The notes beneath the pieces are model-generated. The model made no database searches. It was not told the DNA's origin and saw only the letters and a program-made list of their open reading frames with translations. This document shows, one piece after another, positions 32,656 to 34,971 of a stretch of 34,971 nt of DNA. Every line of letters starts with the position of its first letter. Position 1 is the stretch's first letter. Source of the DNA: Blastocystis sp. subtype 4 (lineage: Eukaryota); assembly GCF_000743755.1 (NCBI RefSeq), contig NW_014569461.1, forward strand, positions 1-34,971, read 5' to 3'. A program made the position numbers and the translations under genes.

Positions 32656-34971
32656 ATGTACAAGTGTCTTCTAATTGCAGCGATTTGTAGTATTGCTTAA
32701 GATTAGTCATTCTTAGTCTCGATCACTGCTGCTGTGAACTGCTTAAGTAACCAGGACTACATCAAGTTTATCAAGAAGACGTCATCTTTGGCAAGTCAAG
32801 AATCATTCCAGATTCTCTCTGGATCCGTATCTCTCTATACTTCTCCTTCTCTAACTACTAATCAAGAACGAACAATCGAAACTTGTGTATCAAAGACCAC
32901 AAACAGTCAATACACTCTCGGAATGTATGATACATCGTCCTACTGGGATAATGGTGCTTGGCTCGAGATCTATGGTATCAACGGCAATCGTGTATTCAAG
33001 GGAATGATGACTACAAGTCGTACTCAAGAACAACCGTTGTCTCTGTATTCTCCTATCAACAAGGATGATACTTGGAAGTACACTGCCACTGCTTCAGGAA
33101 ACTGGAAGGATGTGAGTTATCCGGATGCTGGTTGGACTGATGTTACTCTTGAAATCTCCCCAATTCAGGCTACAGGAACTCAATACTTCCGTAAGTCGTT
33201 TGCTGGCTTGAGTGGAATGGCTGCTATTGAATTCCAACTCAGGTATCGTTATGGAATTGTTGCTTATATCAATGGAAATGAAGTGTATCGTGATAATATG
33301 GCTGATGGAGAACCAACGAGTACCACACATGCTACAGGACAGTATGGAGCCTATGACTATCGTGGAGTGATTCGTCCTTCCTCTGTTGCTGAGAGTTCTT
33401 CAAGTGTAATGGCTGTTGAAGTCCACTTTTCTTCTGATGACTATCAAGAGGTCATCCAGTTCAATGGATTCCTTGCTTTCTATGCAGGAATTTCCACTTC
33501 GAATCCTTGTTTCGTTGTTCCCAACGACATCACAGCAACTGCTACCAGTTTTACGACTCCTGTGAATGCTTTCTCCTGGACCTATTCTACATCTTCCAGT
33601 TTCACCAGTTCCTACACTTCTGGAACTTTAACAGCTGAGTTTATGGGTTCTTCTCTTCCAATTGTGAATGGTATTCGTATCTGGCCCTACACCAGTACCA
33701 CTACCCATGCAAATGAATTCACGATTGAGGGGTCAGTTGATTTATCAACTACATGGTCTACGATTCTAGAGAGTGAAGAAGGAACATACGTTTCCAGTAC
33801 TTGGAAACAGTGGGAGACGCTTACCATCGTACCCCATCCATTCAAGCGTATTCGTATGACTGCTTCCAAGAGAGGAACAGGAACTACCTATGTGAATGAA
33901 CTTCAGTTCCTGATTTGTAACAATGAGCCTACCACTATTGACTATCCACAGACAAGCTATGAGTATTACCGTATCTATGATCTAGTTAATATTGTTCCAT
34001 CCACTTATGGTTACTATGGATGTTCTATCTCACCTGCTCTTCCTGATGGAATGAGTATTGATCCCAACACTTGTATTATTACCGGTTATTCTTCTGTTGG
34101 TGGTACTCTGACATACACTATCAGTTCTTCAATGGTATCTCCTCCTATTAGTAAGACTCTTAGTATCACATTTACTGATTGTGTGGGAACTCTCTACAAG
34201 ATTGTTCGCTCCTATAAGGGTAGTCCTCAGATGGAATACTTCCGAATTCGTGATTCCTCGAATGATAACATTGTGTATGAGGTCAGTTCAGGGCATTCAC
34301 ACCCTTCTGGTAAGGATTGGGAAACATATTTATGTATCTCTGTCGATCGATTTGATGTAGCCTACTATTCCACCTCCAACTATTGGTCTTCTGGTTCATA
34401 TTATTACATGTATGCTCTGTTACCTGATGGTGAACAGGAGATGGTTGTGAAGGGTCGATATGATGCCTATCTTGGTGGTGAACACAATTATTATCTTCGT
34501 CGTCCTTCTATTGGTTCTTTTGAACAATGGTATTATAAGATGGGTGAAGTGCCTGCCAATTGGCATAATTCTGATACTTCAGGTTGGCAACAGGCCGCTA
34601 AAGGATCATTCCCTACTTCTTCAAATCGTATTCAGTTGTACAAGAAGACATTCAACATTGCCTCATTGAATGAAGTGTCTGGATTGATTCTGTCGATTCG
34701 ATACAGATATGGAGTGATTGTGTATTTGAATGGAAATGAAGCATGGAGAAATGGAGTGATTGGAGATTTGTCGACTTCATCCACTGTTGACAATTCATAT
34801 ACTGATTTGAAGTACTATGTTGTGACTCTTCCAGGCAAACAAATGCAAACTTCAACAATAACCACTCCAGTGACATTCCTTCAATCTGGAAGTAACACGA
34901 TTGCTATTGCGATTGTTGCTATTACTGACAGTTACACCACATCCTATTTCGATGCAATGGTTCGTTTGATG
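32656..34971 (+). CDS. Large secreted/surface protein of a repeated family (galactose-binding-like jelly-roll and Ig-like modules), truncated by window end
   Basis: MYKCLLIAAIF, 30-nt intron 32687-32716, then an open frame to the end. Repeated module (YFRKSF...YRYGIVAYINGNEVYR; LYKKTF...YRYGVIVYLNGNEAWR) and Ig-like SISPALPDGMSIDPNT. Missing from the ORF track because there is no stop. Confidence 0.85.
34916..34971 (+). repeat. Inverted repeat copy B (pairs with 2950-3005)
   Basis: 55/56 identity with the reverse complement of 2950-3005. Confidence 0.95.

Noticed and set aside
1..34971. Prokaryotic systems, CRISPR arrays, rRNA/tRNA genes, transposases or reverse transcriptases
   Set aside because: The sequence is spliceosomal-intron-rich eukaryotic DNA. 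I saw no regularly spaced repeats, cloverleafs or mobile-element motifs by eye; small ncRNAs cannot be excluded without an Infernal/tRNAscan run.

Overview
Eukaryotic, gene-dense nuclear DNA, almost certainly Blastocystis (inferred from ~30-nt GT-AG introns, very short intergenic gaps, and a TGTTTGTT-type element 4 nt downstream of gene ends). Because of the introns and missing genomic stops, the ORF track fragments or over-extends most genes. About 27 genes can be reconstructed. Recognisable ones: 2Fe-2S ferredoxin, CCR4-like deadenylase, UPF0235/YggU, rhomboid, YOP1/REEP, HGSNAT/acyltransferase-3-like membrane protein, RRM protein, ARMC7, glyoxalase-II-like MBL hydrolase, pepsin-fold pseudoprotease, Ham1/ITPase, NAA20, GSK3-like kinase, metallothionein, organellar L7/L12, J-less DnaJ-like protein, KsgA/Dim1, thioredoxin/TMX, MED21-like, GT-A-like protein and a large repeat-family surface protein cut by the window end. 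A decayed 3' segment of that surface family lies inverted near the left end. Highlights: eight genes whose UAA must be made by polyadenylation, exposing a 46-aa metallothionein and a 58-aa acylated microprotein; two 42-nt U12-type introns with AT-AT and AT-AG ends; a 30-nt GT-AC intron; a probable 2-nt microexon joining a Cys/Gly-rich leader to the MBL enzyme; a probable dead HNH-fold protein; and an inverted 56-nt repeat bracketing ~32 kb. All family assignments come from motif recognition, not database searches.
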